A program made the position numbers and the translations under genes. DNA of 63,599 nt, counting the filler, from Octopus bimaculoides (lineage: Eukaryota): NCBI RefSeq assembly GCF_001194135.2. It is 8 parts of 7 records of this genome, joined end to end, with 100 filler letters (N's around TTAATTAATTAA, not from the genome) between each part and the next. Parts side by side here need not be neighbours in the genome. Positions count along the whole stretch, not along the records: positions 1 to 27,847 come from NC_068986.1; positions 27,948 to 41,012 come from NC_068984.1; 6 more parts are not named here. One strand, given 5' to 3'. Under the pieces are notes generated by a model, which ran no database searches, was not told the DNA's origin, and saw nothing but the letters and a program-made list of their open reading frames with translations. Positions 26,161 through 38,199 of this stretch are shown piece after piece. Position 1 is the first letter of the stretch. Each line of letters begins with the position of its first letter.

Positions 26161-27139
26161 CAAGCAACACAATTGTCTTCCCACCGTCAGAAATTAATCA
26201 ATTTTTACTCTCAACTACAAGACTACTCCCCAACAGGAAAATATTAACCTTTATCAGTAAGTCTGACCATAAACCACCGCAGTAGTTACTGGTAGTTATT
26301 TAAATATATGTCTTGTAATATGTTAAAATGTTCTTCCTTCATGACGTCATCCTACAACAATAAATAAGTCGTAGCAAGGAGATAATTCAATTGATATCCA
26401 GAAGTCCGAAATATGATGGTGAACGGGAGTTTGTTTATGAGAAGAATAAAGTCTGGGTTACAGATGGAAAGGTGTTAGACATTTAGTTTCTGATCGTGTG
26501 AACAGTATTTAATGTTGAATATTGTCTAGTATACACATATTTTAGCTTTTGACATCAGTAAATTATTTAGTGTATTATGTGTAAGAAGTTGTTCATTTGC
26601 AAACTCCATTAGTCATTCATAATCTAGATTGAAACTGTCTTGTCAGGCCTTCATTGGCTCACTTCAACGTGTGCTTGGTTCAGCAATGACCACAGCCAGT
26701 CTTCTTTTACCACTTAGAGAAGAGACAATGCTTTTGACACTATATTTTTGAGAATCTCCGACCCATTTGGAAGGAAGGGAAGAAGTCCTTTAAACTGAAG
26801 ATATGGTTTGGATGCCTACAAGGGTGCTAATCTCCTTAGAGATACCCAAGAACCGGACTGTGGTGTTAAACTGAATTAAACATATCACCCAAAAGCTTTG
26901 GAATACATACTGACTTTTAAAAATGGTTGCACTCACTTCAAAACGAAACCGACCTTACTCCACCGGTTCACCTCATACATACCACATAACACAATCGTAT
27001 TGCAAAAGTTTGGATTTCTTTCAAAGAATATATTTTAATCCCAAACAGTTGTTCACACTATACAAAGTCTAAGTGTGCTCTCCTCAGGAGAGAGAAAATA
27101 TAGCCTCCTTACTGAGATATGTTTATTCTCGAACCTAGG

Positions 27140-27420
27140 AACTACGAGACCGTTGACCCTCCGGTTTCCATGGCATATAAATGACCGAGGTCAAAACATT
27201 CCCCTGGACGGGACACTGGTCCATTGCATGGTTCAAGGTCAGTAATTCTGAGGGGAAGAGACAACACGATTACATTAGTATTTGACTGGTACTTTATTTT
27301 ATCGACACTGAAGGGAAGATAGGCAAAGCTAACCTCAGCGGGATTTGAACGTAAAGTAGGGGAAGAAACGCTGCTAAGCATTTTGTTCGATGTTCTAATG
27401 AGTCTACCAGCTCGTTGACT
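27140..27420 (-). mobile_element. SINE fragments: GATGGAC..GTCCCGTCCAGGGG-type body (27140-27240) abutting a family B copy (27250-27420)
   Basis: rc reads CAATGGACCAGTGTCCCGTCCAGGGG...ATGCCATGGAAACCGG. Family B motifs follow. Confidence 0.65.
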
Positions 27421-27891
27421 TTATAAAGGTGAATTAAGGATAAGATTCCCAAAGCCTGACCCATCACCATTTTTCAACGACTAATCTGTCTATATTGTTG
27501 TCCAATTGTTACAAGTGACAAGGGCGACATCTAATGGACGTTACAGTAAATTCATTCAACAATGGCCACAGGAATCAGACAGAAAAGCTGTTAGAGAAAT
27601 CTAGAGTTGTCATCATTCATATTTCCGAAATATTCTAAGACAATGGCGTAGGTGTGAGAGAAGAATCTGTTGACAGCGTTCAAATATTTAAGGAGAGGAG
27701 GACGGCATAAATTTATTAACATTAACATGCTCCAACATTGGTGCCTACTTAGGGAAATTATTCTGGAAAAACATATGCATACACATGTACAAAACATATA
27801 TATATATATATATATACATAAAAATTTCACACACACACATACAAATANNNNNNNNNNNNNNNNNNNNNNNNNNNNNNNNNNNNNNNNNNNN

Positions 27892-27903
27892 TTAATTAAT
27901 TAA
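27892..27903. other. Artificial scaffold-joining spacer TTAATTAATTAA (also 41057, 46128, 48619, 52087, 57123, 62176)
   Basis: Every occurrence is exactly 44 N + TTAATTAATTAA + 44 N = 100 bp. The 12-mer has stops in all six frames. Confidence 0.97.
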
Positions 27904-27947
27904 NNNNNNNNNNNNNNNNNNNNNNNNNNNNNNNNNNNNNNNNNNNN

Positions 27948-28320
27948 CCACATAGAGAACATTTTCCTTCATCAGCTACCCCCGTTTTAACACCGGCGTT
28001 TCGAAGAGGTGGGTAGGACGCATCGTTAAAACGGCTCTTCCCATGGACCACAAATTAAATTTGTATGCACAAATTAAACCTGTGCCATGGAGGAATGTAG
28101 TGGCGGACAAAAAACAAGATAGGAAAACAAACTGAAAAGGCTATACGGCCAGACGGGATAAATTATGTGTATATGAACGCTGTGAGGCACGAACTTGAAA
28201 GTGGGGATGAAGTAAGTTCGCGTGTTTGCTCGGCGATAGCCAAGGAAGAAAAGGATTAGTGACCGGAAGCATGTGACCATGCCGGTGTAAGGGAGAGAGA
28301 GAGAGAGAGTGGTAGAGGGA
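27948..28320 (+). mobile_element. Dispersed ~400-bp repeat family R, copy 1 (possible Penelope pLTR derivative)
   Basis: Colinear similarity with 44825-45240 and rc of 56540-56995 (CATA.AGAAC...CCTTCATCAG; CACAAATT; ends in a GA-rich tract). Confidence 0.6.
27966..28040 (-). ncRNA. Candidate strand-permuted hammerhead ribozyme, copy 1
   Basis: GAAGAG CCGTTTTAAC GAT GCGT C CTACCC AC CTCTTC GAAA CGC CGGT GTTAAAACGG GGGTAG CTGATGA. GUC triplet, stem III GCGT:ACGC, stem I CTACCC:GGGTAG. Confidence 0.55.
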
Positions 28321-28685
28321 GAAACAAGTCTCTCTCTCTCTCTATATATGTATATATAGTCTTTATTGATATTTAGCAGAAGTAACGTGCCAACGCACGA
28401 AACCCTCGGTCTTTGAGTCACTCTGTTTCTTCTGCTAAATATTGATAAAACATATACAAATACTCAGATTTTGAGTTCTATTTTTTCTATTTGCATTAAC
28501 ATACCTATATTATGTGTGTGTGTGTACGTGTGTATATATACATGCATGCATACATACATACATACATACATACATACNNNNNNNNNNNNNNNNNNNNNNN
28601 NNNNNNNNNNNNNNNNNNNNNNNNNNNNNNNNNNNNNNNNNNNNNNNNNNNNNNNNNNNNNNNNNNNNNNNTATATATATATATA

Positions 28686-29122
28686 TGCGTATATGCGTGA
28701 CTGTGTGGTAAGAAGCTTGCTTTCCAACCGCATGGTCGACCCGTGGCTATAATAGACGACACACAAGGTGGCAGTGGCACCTTGTGTGTCGTCTATTATA
28801 GCCACGGGTCGACCAAAGCCTTGTGAGTGGACCTGGTAGACGGAAACTGAAAGAAGCCCGTCGTATATATATCTATATAATTATGTGTGTGTGTTTGTGT
28901 CTGCATTCGTCCCCCCCCCCACACCATCACCATCACTTGACAACAAATGTTGGTGTGTTTACGTCCCCATAACTTATCGGTTCGGCAGAAGTCACTGATA
29001 GAATAAGTACCAGGCTTACAAAGAATAAGTCCAGGAGTCGATTTCTGCGACTAAAAGGCGGTGCTCCAGCATGGCCTCAATCAAATGACTGAAACAAGTA
29101 AAAGAATAGAAGAATAAAAAAA

Positions 29123-29123
<1 letters not shown>
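28686..29123 (+). mobile_element. SINE family A, full length, with an internal inverted duplication
   Basis: Head TGTGTGGTAAGAAGCTTGCT, internal (TA)/(TG) tract, tail GCTCCAGCATGGCC..AGTCAAATGACTGAAACAAGTAAAAGAATA. Confidence 0.9.
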
Positions 29124-29159
<36 letters not shown>

Positions 29160-29207
29160 TATATACACACATACATATATGTATATACATATATATAGGC
29201 ATATACA

Positions 29208-29255
<48 letters not shown>

Positions 29256-30219
29256 GCATATACATACATATACGTACATATACATACATGTATGTGTATG
29301 TATATATATGAGTGTATATATAACATGACCAAGATAATTCATACAGGTACACATATAATGTACACACACACGCACACTTGTATATATGTGTGTGTTATGT
29401 GTTGGCACGTACTGATATATGATAGTATATATTAGCATATATGAGTATCTGGGCTTGTGCATATTGTGTGTTGGGGGGGGGGGGTAAGCGCGTTTAACTT
29501 GTAGATGCTATGAAGATATCAAATATGTCCGCTGATATCAACTACTTTCTTAACGATAACCACCCACGCCTAATCTGGTTTCCTTTCAACCCTATTTCTA
29601 CGGATTTCTCTCACTACTTCGATAACCTTCCGCACCTTTTCTCTCTGACTTTCTATTCACCCTCCCTCACAGATACTCTTACTCACTCACTCACTCACTC
29701 ACTCACTAATTCCCTCCCTCTCTCTCTGATTCTCTGCGACGCAATTGTATTTATTCACTTCTAGTTTTTAATTCAAGGTTTATCTGACATTCATGAATCG
29801 TCATTGTTTTATTCACCTCCTTCTCTTTAATCTCACTCTCCCCGTCCCTCCCTTTCTCTCGCTCATACTCAAAATCACTCTCGTTCTGTGTCTCCTTTCT
29901 TAATGCTTTCTTGTTGCACTTTTTTTTTTCTTGTTTACCCCCTTCTTCTCCTCCATTTTTCTCGTTCTACCCCCTTATATTTTTATTTTTATTAGACGCA
30001 GTTGTAAATTTTCCACTTCCAGATTTACATTCAAGGTTTACTTCAGATTAATACCTGGACTTCAGTTTTCATATCTCCCACTGTGTTTTAATCTCCCTCT
30101 CTCTTTCTCTGTCTCTCTGCTTCTGTTTCTTTCTATCTCTTCCCCTCTCTCATACACACATCCATATATACACACGCTCACATATGTATGTGCGGAATGA
30201 GTATGCGTAAGTCTATAAC

Positions 30220-30251
<32 letters not shown>

Positions 30252-30501
30252 TGTATGTATGTATGTATACGTGGGTATGTGTGTGAATACTTGCTTAATA
30301 TTCGGGGATCAAGTCAGGGTCATTCGAAATATCCAGTATATTTTGAGCCTGAATATGAATATTGATATATAGATCATGCTAGCCGTAATAAAGGGTGTTA
30401 GGTGAGTAGACACACACATACACACATTTATGTTTTTATGTATATGTATATATATATATATATGTTTATGCATACACTCATTCTCGCACAAATACTGTTA
30501 G

Positions 30502-30532
<31 letters not shown>

Positions 30533-30635
30533 TGTATATATATATATGCAGACACATATACATATGTGTATGTATCTTTGTGTTTATATATATACATATA
30601 TATCATATTGAGCAGTTTACATGATGCATTATTCA

Positions 30636-30674
30636 ACAACAATAACAACAACAACAATAATAATAATAATAATG

Positions 30675-30733
<59 letters not shown>
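30636..30733. repeat. (AAC)/(AAT)n microsatellite
   Basis: Direct reading. A similar (AAT)n lies at 45803-45855. Confidence 0.95.
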
Positions 30734-30734
<1 letters not shown>

Positions 30735-31526
30735 GTCGATCAGTATATATCCTAGAAAATTAGTGTGTCTTACAAACACAAGGTCAGGGTTTAGCTTAAT
30801 GGCGAGTAATATTTGAGGCGCTGCAGTGCCCCGTAAAATGAATTGAAGACATACATCTTACAAAAATACAGCCGTTTGTTATTTTCTAAGGTAACAATGG
30901 ATATCAGTAGTACGTCATATAAAATAGCTACACTCAGGTGAAAATATAAGTGGCAGTACAGAGAAACAAAATAATATTAGGCCTGGAATTTAGTAAGCTA
31001 TTTATTGTAATATATGATATGATAGATAGGTAATATAATATTGGTCAATAATCCATTTTCTATGGTGATATGAAAAATTTAAATAACTTTGTATTTCAGA
31101 TTTTACCTGCACTTACCTTTAACTGGAACAGTCTCGAGACAGATGTTACACAATTGGTTTGTGTAATAAATTTATTTTTCTTTGTGTGCGAAACACAATC
31201 CCAATATATCAGTAGATAAAAAACCCTATATTTTTATAAAATATCTATATAAATTCCAAAATAGTTTAGAATTTAAGTGGAAAAAGGTAGATGGTGTATT
31301 TTGTTTAGAAATAAAATAACAAAACGACTAGTGATTTCTTTTTAATTGGACAAAGTAGGGTTTTATATTAATTTGAACATGTCAAAGTAGAAAAATGACC
31401 TCAAAGTGGTGACACGATATCGTCTCTCAAAATATTTTTTTATAATATTTTTTTTATAAATGGTCAGTCATCATTGAAAAGCGTCTTATATACTCGGGCA
31501 TCTTTTAAACTATCAAATACAGAATA

Positions 31527-31557
<31 letters not shown>

Positions 31558-31616
31558 TTCTCTCTCTCTATCTATCTCTATCTGTCTGTCTGTTTGTCTG
31601 TCTGTTTGTCTGTCTG

Positions 31617-31653
<37 letters not shown>

Positions 31654-32743
31654 GCATGTATGTAAGGGTTTTTTGAGTTAAGAAGCGGGTATAAGGAAGA
31701 ATAGTGTGTGAGTATCTGTTGGTGTGGTGTAAGTTTGTGTGTAGATGTGTGCAACTGTCCAAGTATGTTGGTGTTAATTTATGGGGATGGGGAATGTTGG
31801 TGTGTGTGAATGTGTGACTTTTAGGTTGGTGTGTGTGAAAACGTGTCTGTAAAGCTGTGAAAGCCAGTGTGTCTGTGTGTGAATAAAGGTGTTGAAGAAA
31901 CGACTTTGGAAGATGAGAACAAAGTAGAAGGTGCTATATGTGTGCAAATGCATAAAGAAATCAGGTAGAAGTCGAAAGGCGTACTCCAAATTTCATGTCT
32001 CCATTCATTCAACTGACAATATAAACCTGTTGCCTAAAAAAAACCCAAAAAGCAAAAAGAATAAAAAACCCAGATGTTTGAGTATATTTTCATATATTAC
32101 ATGAGAGTATGCTTCAAAACGTTTATTTTACTTATTTTAAAAGGCGTTTGAGTACTGTTATATAAAAACGGTTATTTCGAGATCACTTTTCCTATTTCCA
32201 TTTTGACTCTCATGGCTTTACAATATTATGTCTTTTATGAATTTTATTTATCGTAGTGTGCAGAATACAACCTAATACAGACTTCAAAACGATTCTGTTT
32301 TTTTTTAAAGAAATCCCATTCTTGTGTCAACAAGTCATTGAAAAATACTCATCTAAAACGAATTACCACTTCGAAATAAACGTTTTCTGCAGAATCAGAT
32401 CGAAAGAAAGTTGTTTAATTCCGTTTAAACAAGGTGGCAACAATTCCGTCCTGTTACTCAAATAACTTTAGTTTGGAACAAATTTATTTTCTCACTTAGT
32501 CAAAGGTCACATCACATTCATGACCTGAAGCTACTGTTCCTATAATATTCAGTTGTATCCACAACGGACAAATAATTTTGAATTCGTGAAGATGTCTCGA
32601 GTAAGAACTAGTTACCCTTTGTCAAAAGTCGAAGTATATTTTTAGTGGGGCTCATAAATGAATGCTTAAGCTTATAGTATCAGTTTCTAAATCGAGTTGT
32701 TACAGTTTATACTCTTGATATATATACATATGCATATATACAA

Positions 32744-32787
<44 letters not shown>

Positions 32788-32797
32788 ACACACACAA

Positions 32798-32860
<63 letters not shown>

Positions 32861-33997
32861 CGGTTATAGTATCTGTGTTTATTGAATTTGGTCGATTGAA
32901 GCCAACACCTATGGCTACTTAAGTTTCCTACTGGGAAAATCATCAGGCTGTCATGACAATCAAACTGAAATCAAAGACAAACAATATTAAGAGAAGTCAG
33001 CACAAATAAGATAGAATGACTGTTGTTTTGTCTAAGTGTAAAAATATTGTATTACTATTTTAAAATTATAGTACACACAAATTTTTATGTTTATTTTGTT
33101 TTAACAAGAAACAATTGACAGCGACTTTGAAGTTTCGGTTCAGCTGCCTTTCAAATTTCTAAAATATTTTTGGTTCATTTTGTGGTTGAAAATAGATGTC
33201 CCAAAGTAGATGTGGTCTAATAATAATTTTTGTTACATTTTTATGGATAGTTTTATTGGATGATCAAAAATATGATGTTGTGGAGAGAACTCTTCCTGTC
33301 CTTATTGCACTACGTTTTTCTTATCATTCCCTATTTCTGTAACCCAATTAAACTATCCACAAAGATGTTTCTTTATGTACTACAAAAATGCACTATTAAA
33401 CTATATCTACTTTGAAACCATTATGATTTACCCACAAGATGAAACAAAAACTTTATAAGAAGCTTGGAAAGCCGAAGAAGCCTAATTGTCTGATGAAGGC
33501 CATTGAACCGAAACTTTGGAGTCAGTGTCAACACTTTTTATGTTAAAATAAGATAAGTGAATTACTCTACTTAAATGTTTTGAGTGTTTCTTCAATTCAT
33601 TTTTGAATGCTTTTATATATAGCTTTACATAAAAGCAAACAAGCGCGTGCGCACACACACACACTCGTACGCGCGGGCTTCTATCAACATAGTAAATTTT
33701 TTGATATTTCTTGAGGTCAACCAAATGGAGAATGTCAAAGACCTTAAAATCAAGATGTATGACAATTGTACACAAATACTGAGCCGCTGGAATCAGTTAA
33801 CTAATCAACATGATAATGTGCTTAGTCAATAACATTCTGTCATTTCATTATATAAACGTTATGTTAGATAACCTCAGATCAATCATGATTGACCACTGTC
33901 AGCGACTAAAAGCATTCAGGGCATAGCTATCCCATCTGTTTTTTAATATTGTGTACATAGAGTTGTCTCTGTATGTAAATAGTGTATATTTGTGAAA

Positions 33998-34125
33998 GTG
34001 GTTAGGGTGCTCGGCTCATGATCGTAATTTCGTGAGTTCAATTCCTGGATCGAGCGGTCGCTGTGTTTCTGAGCAAAATACAACATTTTAGGTGTATTTC
34101 AGTCTATTCAGCTGGAAACGAATAC

Positions 34126-34161
<36 letters not shown>

Positions 34162-34260
34162 TCAGTTGTCACATCCTGGATCTGCCGCTGGGTTAAAAGT
34201 GGGAGTATCAGGAGGGTGTCTACGTCTACATAGGTACCCAAAGCAATGAACGAAAGCATG
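33998..34260 (+). mobile_element. SINE family C with internal (CT)n
   Basis: A-box-like GTGGTTAGGGTG and B-box GAGTTCAATTCC. Confidence 0.7.
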
Positions 34261-35284
34261 GTACATCTTACTTAACCACACTCGCACACAGATGACGGTT
34301 GGCTCTTTATTGTATATAGAATTACATCATCCAATGTGTCTTTTTTTAGACGGTACTATATCATTTTTTACAGGTTGAGCGACCGTCATTTACAAAGTAA
34401 ATTATCAAATGTACTCCAGACATGACTTTCCTGTTTTTGTTCTTTTTTTTATGTCAGTCACTACATTGCCTAAATCTTTTATTTGTTACGACGTTTGGGT
34501 GCGAATGGAGAGACATTCGGTTGCTATTTCTAGTAAGCTGGGCAACGTCGTAGAAGCACCTTCGTTGGCTCGTATCTTAAGTATTTCTTCCAAGGGTGGA
34601 ATGGAAGAATATATATTAAATACCCGAAAAGCTAATAAAGAAAACCAAACGAAGGAAAATCGAATACTTTATAATTTCAAATTTTGGCACGAGGCCAGCA
34701 CTTTCGGGGGAGGAGTAAGTCGATTACAACGACCCTAAATCTCAACTGGTGCTGATTTTTTGAACACTTTATAATTTCAACAGTCTTACAGTTACATTTG
34801 CATACGTAAATGATTCAACTGAATGTAAAAATTTGCTGAAATTATTGTTACTGTTTAGCCTCAGGCCAGCCAAGTTTGAGCCGACTATGATCAGAGACGT
34901 TTAAGCTGTGATTATTTCAGCCTGTTCTCTCTCTCTTCTTCTTTTTATCTTTGCAGAATATTGTATTTAGGACTGCGTATCTGTGCCCTTCTTTCATTTT
35001 AACACAGTACGATGTGATTTGAGGGAAATATGGCTGCTGACTCAAGCACCTGCATAGAGTTGCTTCAAACCTCAACCTACCTCATACATATATATAAAAA
35101 AAAGGGGAGTAATTATCTTTAACGATACGGGCATACTGCTACACATGCGTATACATATACATAAACACATACCTACATGCACACACATAAGCATACATAC
35201 AGACATAAATGTAAGTATGGCTATGTCTATCTTTTCCTCTACTTTTCTCTCATCGCTTACTCTCTCTCACTCACTCACACACTT

Positions 35285-35580
35285 TCTCTCTCTTCCTCCC
35301 TCTCTCTTCCTCCCTCTCTCTTCCTCCCTCTCTCTTCCTCCCTCTCTCTCTTCCTCCCTCTCTCTCTTCCTTTCTCTCTTCCTCCCTCTCTCTTCCTCCC
35401 TCTCTCTTCCTCTCTCTCTTCCTCCCTCTCTCTTCCTCTCTCTCTCTTCCTCCCTCTCTCTTCCTCTCTCTCTTCCTCCCTCTCTCTTTCTCTCTTCCTC
35501 CCTCTCTCTTCCTCTCTCTCTTCCTCCCTCTCTCTTCCTCCCTCTCTCTCTTCCTCCCTCTCTCTCCTCCTCCCTCTCTC
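35285..35580. repeat. Polypyrimidine minisatellite (CTCTCTCTTCCTCC-like units)
   Basis: Direct reading. A CT-rich tract continues to ~36060. Confidence 0.92.
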
Positions 35581-36119
35581 TCCCACTTGCTCAACACTTA
35601 TGTAGCTTTCTATTTTTCTCCCGAGTCTCCTCCACCCTCTCTCTCTCTCTCTCTCTCTCGCTCTATTCTAAATCCCTTTTTGTTCATCTCTCGTTCTCTC
35701 TTCTCTATGTCACTCTCTTTATCTGCCTTCTGTGATTCTCACTTTGTCAATCACTCTCACATCCCTGCTTCTCCCTCTCTGTCTTTCCTCTTTCTCTTTA
35801 CCCCTTTCTCTCAGACATACACACACACTTACTTTCTCTCGTTTCTCACTCTCACAAACTATCTCACACTTTCTCTCCTTCTTCTCGTTTCCTTTTTCAG
35901 TTACTTTGTTTCCTCTCTCGTTTTTATATTTCTCATATTTTTGTCTCTTCCATATTTTTCTGTTTGTCTGACTGCCCCCCTCCCCACCCCCCATCTTTCT
36001 CTGACACGATATCTTAATCTCCATTCGCTCTATCTTTCACTCGTTGCCACTCTCTCATTCACAGCTCCTGCTGTACGTTCGCACCCGTCTCTCAGCCTTT
36101 TACTAACGAGAGTTGAGGT

Positions 36120-36225
36120 GCCGTTGTGATGCTATCGATTACTTCTCGCTTCTTCTGGCATAACTCCTCTCAGATGTAGCCATAGCAACAGACGCCCACT
36201 CACGCGCGTTTTCGCCATATTGTGA
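36120..36225. promoter_or_regulatory. CpG-enriched patch with an RFX X-box match
   Basis: GTAGCCATAGCAAC at 36176-36189 fits GTNRCC-N2-RGYAAC. Nearby CGCGCGTTTTCGCC and TATCGAT. Confidence 0.35.
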
Positions 36226-36744
36226 ACATGGTGACATCGTTATTCACAGACAAAGACGTCGCACATACGAACACTCATGTACTTACACTAAAAGACGCAC
36301 ACATTCACACATGCGTACAGTAAATCACGCGTATATAAAAACATTCATACCGAAAAACGTCCATAAATACATACATACCGTTACTACACATCCATCCTTC
36401 CATACATATATGCGTACTTATTCATACATATTCACATACATTAACACCTATATACATACATACGCGCACAGAATCACACACAAACGCATACGTACACTTG
36501 CATGCATACATGACACGTTCATACATATATTCATACAGACACATAGCTACACTTATATACATAAATATAGTCAGGTAAATAACGCAAACACCGGAGTATA
36601 CATACATTATATAAAAACATACAATGATCTATACACATGTATATGTAAATGTATGTATGTATGTGTGTGTATGTATGTATACACATACATACATACATAC
36701 ATACATACATACATACATACATACATACATGCATACATACATAC

Positions 36745-37250
36745 AGTTGTGGAAATTAGCTGCCCAGCTGATGTTAACGTAAAGCTGAAGATCAGTAAAA
36801 AAGAGAATACCTGCGCTGAACTATTGAGAAATCTGCAGTTATTCTATCCAGATTACAAGTTCAGGTTTATACCTGTAATTAATGTGGGCCCTGAGATATA
36901 TAACTCACTGCCTAAATACCAGTCTTGAGAAAGTAGGCTTCTCAAAACTAGAAAGGAGAAAACTGATTCGAAGACTACAGATCGAGTCCATTACTGGAAC
37001 TGTAAAAATCTGTAAAACTTTCCAGAAGTTTATCATTTAAGTATATATGAGCACGTCTCGATATGCAACTATATGCATAAGAATACATAAAACAAAACAT
37101 ACGAATCTGCACATATACTTACATACATACATGCATACATATAAAAATACCCTGTTGTTGATGCTGAAGTTCCAACGAAGGACCCTTGGATCTAGGTTAG
37201 AAACCGGCTCTTTCTCTGTTGGCAAGAAATCTTGAAATAAAACTGAATAA
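36745..37250 (+). mobile_element. R4/Dong-like LINE 3' end (restriction-like endonuclease C-terminus plus 3' UTR), 5'-truncated
   Basis: VVEISCPADVNVKLKISKKENT..LLRNLQLFYPDYKFRFIPV / THCLNTSLEKVGF...LQIESITGTVKICKTFQKFII* (stop 37038-37040). The 3' UTR motif recurs inverted at ~52520-52580. Confidence 0.8.
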
Positions 37251-37770
37251 TGGCATACATTCAAACATTAAGGATAAAAGAAATTGCACAAAAGGCTGAC
37301 AATGAAAAATCACTCATGAGACGTGGACATGCTTATCTCTCATCCGTAAAAGGACATTTCTGGTTGCTACCCTGCAGTGTGGAACAAAGCCAAGATGTAC
37401 TTTATTGCCTTCCCAACATAATATTTCGTAGAGTGGGGTCTCAGTGCAGTTGCCCAGGTTCTTTTTAAGCAAAGAAACAAAATGAAAATTATTGAACGCG
37501 GAAATCTGAGACTACTTCTCAGTACCTTTCAGCCAGATTTTGAAAAGCTGGTATCGCTGTTCAATGTTCAGCTGTCGCATTAAAAATATGAAAACAACGT
37601 AGTTACAGGTGGGATGCAAATTTAATCTTTCATATTGTAAAAACAACAATATGATGAGTTTATTAGGTTAAGTTTTATTTGTTAAATACAGTTGCTTTGT
37701 ATTTGCAGTAGAAAGAAATCTATTTTTGCGGTGGTGTGAGAGGACGTCCGAAAACGTTTGGGGATCACTG
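37250..37770 (+). mobile_element. hAT (Buster/Charlie-like) transposon 3' end
   Basis: WNKAKMYFIAFPT*YFVEWGLSAVAQVLFKQRNKMKIIERGNLRLLLSTFQPDFEKLVSLFNVQLSH*. Terminal TTTGGGGATCACTG at 37757-37770. Confidence 0.85.
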
Positions 37771-38199
37771 TGTTAAAAACATGAATGTATTTCTGTTCTA
37801 TCAGTTTGTTAATAATTTTTCATATGTCTTTAATAATTCTTTATATTTAGATTGAAACAATTAGGTTTCTTAAGTCCATTAACGTTGCAAAATCTTCAAT
37901 GAAGTAACTTGTTACTGCTGCATTTTGTTGTAGGCAATAAGGATTATAGAAATGATGCTATAACTAATAAAAAATGTTGAACCCTTGATTTTAATACTTT
38001 CGGCAACAAGTAATTGTTTTTAGTTTAAAATTAGGGTGCTCAATTTATACATAGATTTTTTGCTTGTATTTTACTGCTAATAAAGCGTACATAACTTATT
38101 TATTATTTTCTGGTAGAATTTTATATTAGATGGTACATATATCATCAGCCCACCTCTTTCTACCGAGTGTTATTTCGTGTTCTGTATTGTAACGTTCAG

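Noticed and set aside
27892-27903. Recurring TTAATTAATTAA as a regulatory motif or CRISPR-like repeat
   Set aside because: Always centred in exactly 100-bp N spacers, so it is an assembly linker.
31085-31165. Strong plus acceptor (TTTGTATTTCAG) and perfect minus donor (AAG|GTAAGT)
   Set aside because: No matching partner sites define a credible coding exon. Compatible with chance.
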